A stretch of 64,000 nucleotides of DNA from a bacterium (lineage in GTDB: Bacteria > Hydrothermota > UBA3073 > JACQXS01 > JAQTXJ01). The notes beneath the pieces were generated by a model. The model was given only the letters and a program-made list of their open reading frames with translations, was not told the DNA's origin and ran no database searches. Shown one piece after another: positions 1 through 10,833 of this stretch. Made by a program: the position numbers and the translations under genes. The stretch is taken from NCBI GenBank assembly GCA_028688815.1, contig JAQTXJ010000001.1, positions 20,587 through 84,586 of the forward strand, read 5' to 3'. The stretch's first letter is position 1. Each line of letters starts with the position of its first letter.

Positions 1-231
1 ATGCTTAGATTTTTAGAAAGATATAAAATAAAATCTTGCTATATTCAAAAAGTTTTGGTAAAAATGAGAACAGGTGGAAACAGTAATAAAAATATGAAGA
101 ATATAATCAGGGCAAATATTGAATGTTATAACGCGTGGAAAGTAAATGGATTGCGGGCAAATCCAATAATATTTATTATTAAGCCCTTGTTAAAAGTTTT
201 TCAATATCCATTTTTTAAAAGATCTATATAA
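1..231 (+). CDS. 3' end of a CDS truncated by the window edge (C-terminal 76 aa; possibly the tail of a methyltransferase or other enzyme in the polysaccharide locus)
   Basis: Open frame running in from the window start, stop at 229-231; ...LVKMRTGGNS... motif; sits immediately upstream of the GDP-sugar genes. Confidence 0.3.
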   Translation: MLRFLERYKIKSCYIQKVLVKMRTGGNSNKNMKNIIRANIECYNAWKVNGLRANPIIFIIKPLLKVFQYPFFKRSI

Positions 232-255
232 GGTAATAATAAAGAAGGAGGTTAT

Positions 256-1209
256 ATGAAAATATTAGTTACAGGCGCAGGAGGTTTTATCGGTAGTCAT
301 TTAGCGAAAGAGTTCCACAAAAAAGGATTTTTTGTTCGTGCAGTAGATATAAAATGGGATAATTATATAGAAGAATCTTACTATTCGGAGAAAGCTACTC
401 TTGATTTAAGAATATATGAGAATTGCGTGGAAGCAACAAAAGGCATTGATTATGTTTATAATCTTGCTGCTAACATGGGAGGGATTGGTTTTATAACAGA
501 GGTAGGGGCTGATATTATGTACGATAATACCCTTATTAACTCTTTTGTAATAAAGGCATGCAGCGAGAACAAGATAAAACGTTTATTTTTCTCCTCTTCT
601 GCATGTATATATCCAATACAGAAGCAATGGGATGCAGATGTTAAGCCTCTAAAAGAAGAAGATGCTTATCCTGCGGAACCCGATGAGTTTTATGGCTGGG
701 AAAAACTCTATACAGAGAAAATGATGGAAGCTTTTCAGAGAGATTATGGGGTAGACATACGAATTGCTCGTTTTCATAATATCTATGGGCCCGAAGGAAC
801 CTACAAGGGAGGGAGAGAAAAATCACCGGCTGCGCTCTGCAGGAAAGTAGCTGAAGCAAAATCTCCGGGAGAAATTGAAATTTGGGGGGATGGGAAACAG
901 ACAAGGTCTTATTGTTATATAGATGATTGCATAAGAGGAATAATTATGTTGATGGAATCAAACTATAACAAGCCTTTGAATATAGGGTCTGACAGGTTGG
1001 TGACCATAGAAGAACTTGCAGATATGGCGATTAAAATATCAGGGAAGAAAATAAAGAAAAAATATAATCTATCTGCTCCACAAGGCGTAAGGGGCAGAAA
1101 TGCAGATTTAACAAAAGTAAAAGAAATATTAAACTGGACACCGAATATAAGCTTGGAAGAAGGATTAGAAAAAACATACAAGTGGATTGAACGTCAGCTT
1201 AATAAATAA
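256..1209 (+). CDS. NAD-dependent epimerase of the GDP-mannose 3,5-epimerase (GME) family
   Basis: GAGGFIGSH Rossmann motif; strong blocks shared with plant GME: NLAANMGGIGFI, SSSACIYP, AYPAEPDEFYGWEKL, RIARFHNIYGPEGTYKGGREKSPAALCRK, IWGDGKQTRS, NIGSD, GVRGRNAD. AGGAGG Shine-Dalgarno sequence upstream. Confidence 0.8.
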   Translation: MKILVTGAGGFIGSHLAKEFHKKGFFVRAVDIKWDNYIEESYYSEKATLDLRIYENCVEATKGIDYVYNLAANMGGIGFITEVGADIMYDNTLINSFVIKACSENKIKRLFFSSSACIYPIQKQWDADVKPLKEEDAYPAEPDEFYGWEKLYTEKMMEAFQRDYGVDIRIARFHNIYGPEGTYKGGREKSPAALCRKVAEAKSPGEIEIWGDGKQTRSYCYIDDCIRGIIMLMESNYNKPLNIGSDRLVTIEELADMAIKISGKKIKKKYNLSAPQGVRGRNADLTKVKEILNWTPNISLEEGLEKTYKWIERQLNK

Positions 1210-1339
1210 AACATAATTACGCCAATGAGGTAAGTTAATGAGAAAAACATTTAGTTGCTCGAAAAAGGCAAAAAGTGTAGAATGAAAAACAACTGCCGCA
1301 GGACGATAGAGGAGACACTGAAATAAGCAGGGAGGAATT

Positions 1340-2383
1340 ATGAAAAAGGCACTTATTACAGGAATTACAGGACAGGATGGGTCTTATCTTGCCGAATTGT
1401 TATTATCTAAAGGATATGAGGTTCATGGTATTATAAGGAGGACGAGCACATTTAACACTTCCAGAATAGACCATATTTATACGGACCCGCATGAAAGCAA
1501 CACAAGACTTTTTCTTCATTACGGGGATATTTCTGATTCAGAACAAATTTGTAACATTATATATAACACAAAACCTGATGAGGTATATCATCTTGGAGCC
1601 CAAAGTCATGTCAGAGTAAGTTTTGACATACCGGAATATAGCGGAAATATTACAGCTCTCAGCACAACAAGAATACTTGAAGCAATCAGAAAGAGTAATA
1701 ATAAAATAAAGTTTTACCAGGCATCAAGTAGTGAAATGTTTGGGAAAACACCTCCTCCTCAATCGGAAAAAGCACCTTTTCAACCGAGAAGCCCCTATGC
1801 TTGTGCCAAGGTTTATGCTTACTGGATGACAGTAAATTATAGGGAAGGGTATAATATGTTTAATTGCAATGGAATACTTTTTAACCATGAATCTCCAAGA
1901 AGAGGTGAAACCTTTGTTACAAGGAAAATTACCAGAGGAATTGCCAACATTTTAGCTAATAAACAAAAAAAATTATTTATGGGGAACCTTGAAGCCAAAA
2001 GAGATTGGGGTTTTGCGCCAGAATATGTAGAAATTATGTGGCTTATGTTACAACAAAATATACCCGATGATTATGTTGTAGGAACGGGGGAAAATCATTC
2101 CATAAGGGAATTCTTGGAAGAAGCATTTGGGTATGTTGGCTTGAAGTGGGAAAAATATGTTGAAAAAGACGAAAATTATTTTAGACCTACAGAAGTTGAT
2201 GAGTTAATTGCTGATACTAAAAAAGCAAAGGAAAAATTAAAATGGATTCCCCAAATAAGATTCAAAGAACTTGTAAGGATAATGGTAGATGCTGATTTAC
2301 ATAAAGCCGGAATAAAATCCCCGGGAGAAGGAGCAAAAATTCTTAAAGATAAGTTTCCACAAAAATGGTGGAAAGTAGATTAA
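1340..2383 (+). CDS. gmd: GDP-mannose 4,6-dehydratase
   Basis: [20 protein letters not shown]-terminus, and [18 protein letters not shown] and [11 protein letters not shown] motifs typical of Gmd; GGAGG Shine-Dalgarno sequence. Confidence 0.9.
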   Translation: MKKALITGITGQDGSYLAELLLSKGYEVHGIIRRTSTFNTSRIDHIYTDPHESNTRLFLHYGDISDSEQICNIIYNTKPDEVYHLGAQSHVRVSFDIPEYSGNITALSTTRILEAIRKSNNKIKFYQASSSEMFGKTPPPQSEKAPFQPRSPYACAKVYAYWMTVNYREGYNMFNCNGILFNHESPRRGETFVTRKITRGIANILANKQKKLFMGNLEAKRDWGFAPEYVEIMWLMLQQNIPDDYVVGTGENHSIREFLEEAFGYVGLKWEKYVEKDENYFRPTEVDELIADTKKAKEKLKWIPQIRFKELVRIMVDADLHKAGIKSPGEGAKILKDKFPQKWWKVD

Positions 2384-2390
2384 ATTTTAA

Positions 2391-3362
<972 letters not shown>

Positions 3363-3671
3363 TATTGTTTTACACTATAATAAATTATACTAGTTTATTT
3401 TCGTCTAATAATTATATTAAATATTGCCTTATTTTTAAATATACCAAAAAATATAGAAATTTATGTATTCGGTTATTTAACTATACTTGATGCTGAATAT
3501 TATTATATTTTATAATATGTTTTACTACCTAAAAATATAAATTATACTAAAAAATAAGGATAAAAAAGATTAATGTTAAAAATTTTTGTTGACAATAAAA
3601 TAAAATTGTTTAACTATACAATCATAATGTTTAAGTTTTTGTTCATCAAAAAATAAATAAAGGGGGATTAA

Positions 3672-4310
3672 ATGAACGTTGCTGGAATTAGCTTAGGCGA
3701 AATAATGAAAATTAGTCCGGTATTTGATATTTTGCTTTTTTGTCTTATAGGTGCAATAATTGTTGGAGTAGAGAGAGCTTTGACATATAAACGTTTATCT
3801 ATGGATAAGGTTTCTTTTATGAAAAAAATAAGAGAATCTCTATCAATGAACAGATATGACGAAGCTGCTCAGTACAGTGCACAAGAAAATAAACCATTAC
3901 CAAGAATGGTTAACGTAGCTTTAACAAATAGGGATAAAAGCCCGGAAGACATAGCTGAACTAATGGAAGCTGCCCGTATGGAAGAAAGGGTAAAGCTAGA
4001 AAAATCTCTTGGTATTCTTGGAACACTTGGAAACACATCGCCATTTATTGGTCTATTAGGAACGGTTATTGGTATTATCAGGGCATTTAAATTACTTGAA
4101 CATTCAGCCGGTGACCCAACCGTTATCATGGTCGGTATCGCAGAAGCTCTTATTACAACTGCTATGGGTTTGTTTGTAGCTATTCCATGCGTTATGGTAT
4201 TTAATGCTTTTATGGGAAAAGTAAAAAATTGGTATACTGAAATGGAAGTTGTAAGCAAAGAACTTTTAGCAGAGATGGGTGCAATTCCGGTTAAGGTAGC
4301 AAAAAGATAA
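3672..4310 (+). CDS. exbB: MotA/TolQ/ExbB proton-channel family protein (copy 1)
   Basis: Three-TM topology; LGTLGNTSPFIGLLGTVIGIIRAF and IAEALITTAMGL signature blocks of ExbB/TolQ. Confidence 0.75.
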   Translation: MNVAGISLGEIMKISPVFDILLFCLIGAIIVGVERALTYKRLSMDKVSFMKKIRESLSMNRYDEAAQYSAQENKPLPRMVNVALTNRDKSPEDIAELMEAARMEERVKLEKSLGILGTLGNTSPFIGLLGTVIGIIRAFKLLEHSAGDPTVIMVGIAEALITTAMGLFVAIPCVMVFNAFMGKVKNWYTEMEVVSKELLAEMGAIPVKVAKR

Positions 4311-4343
4311 ATAAATTTTAATTTTTAGAGGAGGGAGGATACT

Positions 4344-4763
4344 ATGGGGATGGGTGGTGGTCATGGTGCGGAAGATCCGATTACCGATATTAATGTAACT
4401 CCTCTTGTAGATATTTGCCTCGTGTTGGTTATTATATTTATGGTAACGGTTCCCATTATGATGACATCTTCTCCTATAGAAGTTAAATTGCCTAGAGCAG
4501 AAACAATGGAATCAAGAGAAGACGTTAATGTCACGGTTGCCATAAATCCAACAGACAGCGTTGCTGTTGACAGTAAATTATGCACAATTATGCAACTACC
4601 GGAATTTATGAAAGAAGCCGTGGATGCAAAAGGAACAGATAAAATGTTAATAATTAAAGCAGACAAAGATGTTAATCATGACAGAGTTTTATTAATAATG
4701 GATATAGCTAAAAAACTAGGCTGTACCAGAATATCAGTTTCTACAACACAACAAAAACAATAA
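4344..4763 (+). CDS. exbD: ExbD/TolR biopolymer transport protein (copy 1)
   Basis: INVTPLVDICLVLVIIFMV N-terminal TM motif of ExbD/TolR; strong GGAGGGAGG Shine-Dalgarno sequence. Confidence 0.75.
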   Translation: MGMGGGHGAEDPITDINVTPLVDICLVLVIIFMVTVPIMMTSSPIEVKLPRAETMESREDVNVTVAINPTDSVAVDSKLCTIMQLPEFMKEAVDAKGTDKMLIIKADKDVNHDRVLLIMDIAKKLGCTRISVSTTQQKQ

Positions 4764-4776
4764 AGGATAAAACAGA

Positions 4777-5523
4777 ATGATTGCAGGCATAAATCTTTTT
4801 GAAATAATGAAGATTAGTCCGGTATTTGACATCCTTTTCGCATGTTCTGCATTAGCTTTAGGTGTATCATTAGAAAGATTATGGACTTTTCATTATTTAA
4901 ATATGAACTTAGACGCTTTTATGGAAAAAGTTAGGGTTTTAATGGCAAACAAAAAATATGATGAGGTAATAGAAGCTTGTGATAATGAGAACAAGCCTCT
5001 TCCAAAGATGCTTAAAGTTGGGGCAATGAATATAACACAGGGAAAAAAGAATATTAATAAACTTATGGAAGCTCAAAAATTATCAGAGAGGGAAGCGTTG
5101 GAAAGATTTTTACCTATTCTTGGAACACTTGGGAACACGGCACCATTTATTGGTTTGTTAGGAACGGTTATTGGTATTATACGATCTTTTAAGTTATTGC
5201 AAACAACTGCATCGGCCGGTCCAATGGCAATTATGGTCGGTATTGCCGAAGCTTTAATTACAACAGCTATGGGGTTGTTAGTGGCTGTTCCATGTGTTAT
5301 TCTTTTTAATTATTTTTCAGATAAAGTAAAAAGGGTTTTTATAGAAATGGAAATTGCAAGCAAAGAATTTATAACTATGGTACCCAAACTAACAGGAGCC
5401 GAACCTCCAGAAATAGAAATTGTTAAAGAGCCTAAGAAAAGGATATTATCTAAAATTATTTCCAAGATAACAAAACCGAGAGTTGTAAAAAAAACATCTT
5501 CGATAAAAGGGAAGAGTAAATGA
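4777..5523 (+). CDS. exbB: MotA/TolQ/ExbB family protein (copy 2) with a lysine-rich C-terminal extension
   Basis: Paralogous to 3672..4310 (same LGTLGNTAPFIGLLGTVIGIIRSF block); about 45 extra K/P-rich residues at the C-terminus. Confidence 0.75.
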   Translation: MIAGINLFEIMKISPVFDILFACSALALGVSLERLWTFHYLNMNLDAFMEKVRVLMANKKYDEVIEACDNENKPLPKMLKVGAMNITQGKKNINKLMEAQKLSEREALERFLPILGTLGNTAPFIGLLGTVIGIIRSFKLLQTTASAGPMAIMVGIAEALITTAMGLLVAVPCVILFNYFSDKVKRVFIEMEIASKEFITMVPKLTGAEPPEIEIVKEPKKRILSKIISKITKPRVVKKTSSIKGKSK

Positions 5524-5984
5524 AAATAGTTTTAAGAGAACGACGATTGAAAAAACATAGTGAGGCTTTTGCACCTCCTATAACAGATATAAACGTTACA
5601 CCATTAGTAGACATATGTTTGGTGTTAGTTATTATATTTCTTGTTTTCGCTCCATTAATGTACTTATCGGGAATAACAGTTACAAGAGCAAAGGCGTCCA
5701 AAAACCAGGAACAGTATGATCCAACAGAATTAAAAGTAGGTGTATATCTTAGAGGAGATGGCAAAATTATTTTAAATGAAAAAGAAATTGATGAGAAAAA
5801 TTTACCCTATCTTATAGAACAACTTTTATTAAGAAGCTTAAATAGGACCGTTACTATAAGCGCTGATCCAAATGTCAAGCATGGGAAAGTAGTGTGGCTT
5901 CTGGACCTTGCAAGGCAAAAAGGAGCAGTGACTCTTTGTATATTAAAACGAAAAGGTGTTGGAACTGCAACAACAACAGAATAG
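5520..5984 (+). CDS. exbD: ExbD/TolR biopolymer transport protein (copy 2)
   Basis: ITDINVTPLVDICLVLVIIFLV motif; start overlaps the upstream stop (ATGA), indicating translational coupling. Confidence 0.7.
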   Translation: MKIVLRERRLKKHSEAFAPPITDINVTPLVDICLVLVIIFLVFAPLMYLSGITVTRAKASKNQEQYDPTELKVGVYLRGDGKIILNEKEIDEKNLPYLIEQLLLRSLNRTVTISADPNVKHGKVVWLLDLARQKGAVTLCILKRKGVGTATTTE

Positions 5985-5989
5985 AATAA

Positions 5990-7000
5990 ATGAAAAAAGT
6001 TAAAAATTTAGGTAAAGAATTCAGTAGTAATAGAAAATTTGCTATTTGTATCTCTGTTTCAGTTTTTCTTCATTTATTATTATTATTCTCCTTTTTTCTA
6101 CAGCAAAAAATGGATGAAATTAGAAGGAATAAATTATTAGCCGTAGAATATGAGGATGAAAAGAAAAAAGAAGAAAAGAAAAAAGAAGAAAAGAAAGAAG
6201 AAGAAAAAAAGCCTGAACCACCAAAAGCACCAACTCCACAAACAGCAATTATAACTCCAAAAGATTTGTTCCAGATACAACAATTAAAAGATAAGATAGA
6301 TGAAAATATGTTGAAAAAATTAGAAAACATTGCTCGTCCAATGGACAATCAATTAACAGATATGAAAATAGATATAGATAAAATGCTTGATATGAACAAA
6401 GACCAGGTAGAACTTGACTTAGACGCGTTTGATGCGGATTTAGATCTTGATGCTCCAACTATACGAATTGGAAAAGGTGTATCGATGGATGATATATTAG
6501 CTCGTGATCAAGTTATGATGCCATTAGAAGCAAAAGCATTACCTGCTCAAGTTGGACTTATTGCAAGACCAGGTTTTTCAGGAACAGGTCCCGGAGAAGG
6601 CGGGATAGAGATAACAAATGGTCCAGCAAAATTAGAAGAAAGTTCTAGAAAGAGTTTGGTAACTACTAAAAATGAAAACAAACAAATTGATACAAAAAGC
6701 AGCGGACCTGTTCAAATAGAAATATCTGGTGCGCTTGCAGATAGAGCCAGAATTGCAGGAGGTCCGCCACCTTATCCTGGTTGGGCACAACAACAAGGAT
6801 TAGCAGCCGTATTTTCGGTTTCATTAAAAGTAGACGCTGAAGGCAAAATAACTGGTTCTACAATAGTAATATCACCTACAGGATATCCTGATTGGGATAA
6901 TGGCGTAATAAAATGGCTTAAGGACCAATGGAGATGGGTAAAAATACCATCTGGGGAAACTCCGGGTTGCATAACAATCAGATTTACAATTGGACAATAA
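5990..7000 (+). CDS. tonB: TonB-family energy transducer (N-terminal TM anchor, E/K-rich and Pro-rich linker, C-terminal TonB domain)
   Basis: N-terminal TM; EEKKKEEKKKEEKKEEEKK and KPEPPKAPTP linker; C-terminal GLAAVFSVSLKVDAEGKITGSTIV...GCITIRFTI block typical of the TonB_C fold. Confidence 0.65.
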   Translation: MKKVKNLGKEFSSNRKFAICISVSVFLHLLLLFSFFLQQKMDEIRRNKLLAVEYEDEKKKEEKKKEEKKEEEKKPEPPKAPTPQTAIITPKDLFQIQQLKDKIDENMLKKLENIARPMDNQLTDMKIDIDKMLDMNKDQVELDLDAFDADLDLDAPTIRIGKGVSMDDILARDQVMMPLEAKALPAQVGLIARPGFSGTGPGEGGIEITNGPAKLEESSRKSLVTTKNENKQIDTKSSGPVQIEISGALADRARIAGGPPPYPGWAQQQGLAAVFSVSLKVDAEGKITGSTIVISPTGYPDWDNGVIKWLKDQWRWVKIPSGETPGCITIRFTIGQ

Positions 7001-7115
7001 ACTTCTTTATTATAGTACCAAGGAAATTCTTGTTGACAAAAAAAGAATATTCGTTATTTTAAGCTATAATTCACTAATGAAATTAAATTAACTGTTTTAA
7101 ACAAGGGGGATTTAT

Positions 7116-8081
7116 ATGAAACGATTTATTCTAATAATCGGATTATTTATTTTTGTTCCAATAATGAGTATTGCACAAACACAAAAAGGTATCGCTCCAC
7201 AGCAAACAAAACAACAAGCAATAGCCCAGGATACTACCGTAAAAAAAGCAGCTGCAGGTGCCGCTGGTGCCACTGGAGATATGAAATCCGAACAGGTAGA
7301 AGTAAAGGGGAAATTTACGGGTAAAATAGAGGAAAAGAAAATACCTCTAAAATTATATTTTGATCCGTTTGATGCTCTCACTGCATATATCCAGAGAGGC
7401 GAATATATTTATGATAAACAATTAGCATTAAATAATGAATTAGCGACTACTTTATATCCTATATTTGCATCCGAACAGGTAATAAAACCCTGGTTATCAG
7501 GAATTGTACGGAAAGAAATAGCATTATTTAATCCTGTGTACGGATCAGATGTATCAAAATGGGAAGTTTTCTTAAGAGACGAGCGCGGTGGTATATTTAA
7601 AACATGGAGTGGAGAAGGACAACCTCCTCAAAATATTTTCTGGGATGGTAGGGGTATAGACGGCAGTATGATAAATCCGGGTATTACTTACTATTATTCA
7701 GCTGAAGCAAGTGATGCGCTTGGAAATGTAGCAAAAATCATAGGGCGTAAACTTGTTTTAAAAGGTGTTCTATATAATGAAATGGGTGAATGGGTGACTA
7801 CTTTAAGGGGAGACAGGGTATGGGCTGGTGAAAATTCCACATCTATAACTCAAGATGGTTTCTTGTTATTAAGAGAAGCTGCAGATATCATAAAAGAAAA
7901 ATATACTAAAAAACTAACTGTACAAGTTTATTCAAGAAATGATGTTTTATCCAGAACAAGAGCACAAATAGTTATGAATTATTTTCTCAATAATGTAATT
8001 GTTCCTCCTTATACTGTTACTCATGTTCAAGGTTTTGTGGATGAGGTATATAATAGTTCATACATTAAAATCATACTTTAG
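7116..8081 (+). CDS. Secreted protein with a degenerate OmpA/Pal-like C-terminal region (Pal-like partner of the ExbBD/TonB module?)
   Basis: Signal peptide MKRFILIIGLFIFVPIMSIAQ; C-terminal SRTRAQIVMNYFLNN resembles the OmpA-family SxxRAxxVxxYL motif; GGGG Shine-Dalgarno sequence. Confidence 0.3.
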   Translation: MKRFILIIGLFIFVPIMSIAQTQKGIAPQQTKQQAIAQDTTVKKAAAGAAGATGDMKSEQVEVKGKFTGKIEEKKIPLKLYFDPFDALTAYIQRGEYIYDKQLALNNELATTLYPIFASEQVIKPWLSGIVRKEIALFNPVYGSDVSKWEVFLRDERGGIFKTWSGEGQPPQNIFWDGRGIDGSMINPGITYYYSAEASDALGNVAKIIGRKLVLKGVLYNEMGEWVTTLRGDRVWAGENSTSITQDGFLLLREAADIIKEKYTKKLTVQVYSRNDVLSRTRAQIVMNYFLNNVIVPPYTVTHVQGFVDEVYNSSYIKIIL

Positions 8082-8194
8082 AAACTCATTTTGGTCTACT
8101 AATAGAGTTGTAAATAATATATAAGTGTATTAGGAAATTCAAATATTAAAAATCCGAAGAATTTTGGTTATAATTTAATCCCTTAAATTTCTAT

Positions 8195-8267
8195 GGGGGC
8201 GTAGCTCAATAGGGAGAGCGCAGGCTTCGCAAGTCTGAGGTCGACGGTTCAAATCCGTTCGCCTCCA
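8195..8267 (+). tRNA. tRNA-Ala (anticodon CGC)
   Basis: Cloverleaf built by hand: acceptor GGGGGCG/CGCCTCC with G3:U70, D-arm GCTC/GAGC, anticodon stem CAGGC/GTCTG with loop TTCGCAA, T-arm GACGG-TTCAAAT-CCGTT, discriminator A; CCA not encoded. Confidence 0.9.
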
Positions 8268-8323
8268 AAAAAAGATTAAGATATATGTCTTTATAATTTT
8301 TTAACTTGCCAAACGGTAAATAT

Positions 8324-9889
8324 ATGAGCTCCTACCAAGGATTAACTATTAAATATAGGCCTAAAAAATTTGAAGACCTTGTTGGGCAGGGACATATAAT
8401 AAAAACTTTAATAAACGAAATACAAAATGATAAACTTGCAAATGCTTACCTTTTTACAGGACATCATGGAACAGGAAAAACGACTACGGCAAGGTTATTA
8501 GGCAGATATTTAAATTGTGAAAACAGGACAGGATCTGAACCATGTAACGAATGTGATTCTTGCAAAGAAATTCAATTTGGAAATTCCATAGATGTTCTTG
8601 AAATAGATGGGGCTTCCAATAGAGGAATTGACGAAATAAGAGAATTAAGAGAAAGGGTAAAATATGCGCCGACAAAAGGTAAATATAAAATATATGTAAT
8701 AGATGAAGCGCATATGCTTACAGAACCTGCTTTTAATGCACTATTAAAAACACTTGAGGAACCACCTTCCCGTGTATTATTTGTATTGGCAACAACTTCT
8801 CCACATAAAATTCCGGTTACAATTAGTTCGAGATGTCAAAGATTTAATTTTAGAAAAGTAAGCACAAAAGAAATAGAATTTCGGATTAAAAATATTGCGC
8901 AAACAGAGTACATAGAAATAGACGATATGGCAATAACGCTAATCGCGCAGAAAGTAGATGGAGCAATGCGAGATGCTATTTCTCTTTTAGAACAATTGGT
9001 TTCTTATGCCGGTGGGAAAATAACAGCAGAGCATATTGAACAATTACTTGGAATGCCAAATGAAACAATAATTTTAAAACTAACAGACTACATAATACAA
9101 AGAAATCCAAACGGCATAATTGAAATATTGCATAATGTATTAAATGAGGGATTATCCCCTGAAGAACTAATCGAGGCAATTATTGAACATTTACACAAAT
9201 TATTCTTAATTAAAACAAAAGTAGAAACTAAAGATAATTCATCTTATAAAACTCAAATAGATAGTTTACAACCAACTCATATATTAAGGCTTTTAGAGTT
9301 TTTATTTGATGCACAAAAAGAATTAAAATTTGCACTTTCTCAGGAAATTTACCTTGAACAAATATTAATAAGAATGGCTATTTCTACACAATTAGAAATA
9401 GATAAATTATTAACTATAGGACAGTCTGAATTTTCAAAAACGGATATTCCTATTCAACCTATTATAAAAAAACCGGCAGATAAGAGGGAAATTCAAACAA
9501 AAGAAATAGAAGTCGAAAAAGAAAGCGTCTCTCCCGATGAACCTTCTACTCCTCTTGATAAAGTCACAGCTACTAGTCTATGGAAAGCGCTTATAGAAAA
9601 AGCGCCGATTTCTCTCAGCAGTTTTTTAAGCGAAGGACTTCCAACCAGATTAGAAGCAGATAAATTATTTGTTTCCTATAAAAACGACTTTCATAGAACA
9701 CAGGCAGAATCCAAAAAATCTAATATAGAAAAAATTTTATCGGATGTTGCCGGGCAATCAATGCGTATTTCATTTGAATCCATAAAATCGGAACATCCCG
9801 TGAGCAAGAGACAAAATGCTATATTAGAGGAACCTATCGTTAAATCTGCAATAAAAATATTAAACGCAGAGGCAATCGGCGGGAGGTAA
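8324..9889 (+). CDS. dnaX: DNA polymerase III subunit gamma/tau
   Basis: YRPKKFEDLVGQ, Walker A GHHGTGKTT, zinc-module cysteines CNECDSC, DEAHML; start chosen at ATG 8324 (MSSYQ...) rather than the upstream TTG. Confidence 0.9.
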   Translation: MSSYQGLTIKYRPKKFEDLVGQGHIIKTLINEIQNDKLANAYLFTGHHGTGKTTTARLLGRYLNCENRTGSEPCNECDSCKEIQFGNSIDVLEIDGASNRGIDEIRELRERVKYAPTKGKYKIYVIDEAHMLTEPAFNALLKTLEEPPSRVLFVLATTSPHKIPVTISSRCQRFNFRKVSTKEIEFRIKNIAQTEYIEIDDMAITLIAQKVDGAMRDAISLLEQLVSYAGGKITAEHIEQLLGMPNETIILKLTDYIIQRNPNGIIEILHNVLNEGLSPEELIEAIIEHLHKLFLIKTKVETKDNSSYKTQIDSLQPTHILRLLEFLFDAQKELKFALSQEIYLEQILIRMAISTQLEIDKLLTIGQSEFSKTDIPIQPIIKKPADKREIQTKEIEVEKESVSPDEPSTPLDKVTATSLWKALIEKAPISLSSFLSEGLPTRLEADKLFVSYKNDFHRTQAESKKSNIEKILSDVAGQSMRISFESIKSEHPVSKRQNAILEEPIVKSAIKILNAEAIGGR

Positions 9890-9894
9890 TAAAA

Positions 9895-10188
9895 ATGTTT
9901 GACAATCTAAAACAAATGTTAGGCAATGCGAAAGAAATGAACACGATGTTAGGCGGGCTTCAAGCAAAATTAAAGGTGGAGAAATTTGAAGGTGTTGCAG
10001 GCGGGGGAATGGTTAAGATTGTAGTTAACGGCATCCAGGAAGTCGTAGAAGTTCATATAGACAGCAGTTCTCTTGCAAAAGATAACAAATTTCTGGAAGA
10101 CCTTATAAAATCGGCATTTAACCAAGCGTTGCAAAAAGCATCTGTAGCATCGCAAAAAATGATGATGGGGCTAATGCAGAAAAAGTAG
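9895..10188 (+). CDS. ybaB: YbaB/EbfC nucleoid-associated protein
   Basis: 97 aa; N-terminal ...MLGNAKEMNTMLGGLQAKL... typical of YbaB; conserved position after dnaX. Confidence 0.85.
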   Translation: MFDNLKQMLGNAKEMNTMLGGLQAKLKVEKFEGVAGGGMVKIVVNGIQEVVEVHIDSSSLAKDNKFLEDLIKSAFNQALQKASVASQKMMMGLMQKK

Positions 10189-10239
10189 CATATAATTAAA
10201 CACAAAAATATAATATTATTGAAACAAAAGGAGGATTGG

Positions 10240-10833
10240 ATGAGCGATATCTTTGAAGTAAGATGGCATGGCCGCGGAGGACAGGGAGCAAAAACAGCGG
10301 CTCTGTTATTTGGAGATGCGATTATGTCGACAGGCAAATATTTCCAGGCTTTCCCGGAATATGGGCCTGAAAGAATGGGTGCTCCGGTTCAGGCATTTAA
10401 CAGGTCTTCTGCCGAGCCGATTACAATGCATTGTGGAATTAAAGAGCCAAAAGTAGTCGTAATATTAGACCCGACTCTAATGGAAACACAACCGGTAACC
10501 GAAGGACTTAAAGCCGACGGCATTATACTTGTAAACACTAATGCTTCGGCAGACAGTCTTCGCCAGAAACTAAAACTCAAAAATCAAAAAATATGCACGG
10601 TAGATGCATCCGGGATTTCACGTGAATTGCTGGGCAAAGAACTTCCCAATACACCAATGCTTGGCGCACTTGTCCGTGTTACAGACGTTATAGGAATTGA
10701 TGACTTAATTAAATTTGTAGAAAAAACGCTGGGAAAGAAATTCAAAGGAAAGCCCGAAGTTATTAAAGGCAATATAGATTCAATTAGACGGGCTTACAAT
10801 GAAGTAAAAGTAACCGATGGAGGTGGAAAATGA
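10240..10833 (+). CDS. porG: 2-oxoacid (probably pyruvate):ferredoxin oxidoreductase, gamma subunit
   Basis: RWHGRGGQGAKTAALLFGDA signature; AAGGAGG Shine-Dalgarno sequence directly before ATG 10240 (the upstream TTG was rejected). Confidence 0.8.
   Translation: MSDIFEVRWHGRGGQGAKTAALLFGDAIMSTGKYFQAFPEYGPERMGAPVQAFNRSSAEPITMHCGIKEPKVVVILDPTLMETQPVTEGLKADGIILVNTNASADSLRQKLKLKNQKICTVDASGISRELLGKELPNTPMLGALVRVTDVIGIDDLIKFVEKTLGKKFKGKPEVIKGNIDSIRRAYNEVKVTDGGGK

Noticed and set aside
641-1181. Minus-strand ORFs (641..904, 963..1181) and many similar 60-130 aa ORFs antisense to well-supported genes (e.g. 2948..3247, 3869..4258, 4361..4666, 29044..29541, 30850..31137, 31342..31890, 58675..59283, 59480..60232)
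   Set aside because: They lie entirely inside, and antisense to, CDSs with strong family signatures. They are typical shadow ORFs with no RBS or family resemblance.
6070-6200. Purine microsatellite (GAAAAGAAAAAAGAA)n in tonB as a mobile or variable element
   Set aside because: It encodes the E/K-rich TonB linker, which is commonly repetitive, and is in frame. It was noted only as compositional.
8306-8323. Upstream TTG starts for dnaX (8306), porG (10219), the cNMP-binding gene (14626) and the BNR cargo gene (42614)
   Set aside because: In each case a downstream in-frame ATG with a better Shine-Dalgarno sequence and/or a conserved N-terminus (e.g. AAGGAGG before 10240, GAAGGAG before 14650) fits better.
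10268-10456. 62-aa + strand ORF inside porG in another frame
   Set aside because: It overlaps a well-conserved CDS out of frame, with no independent support.
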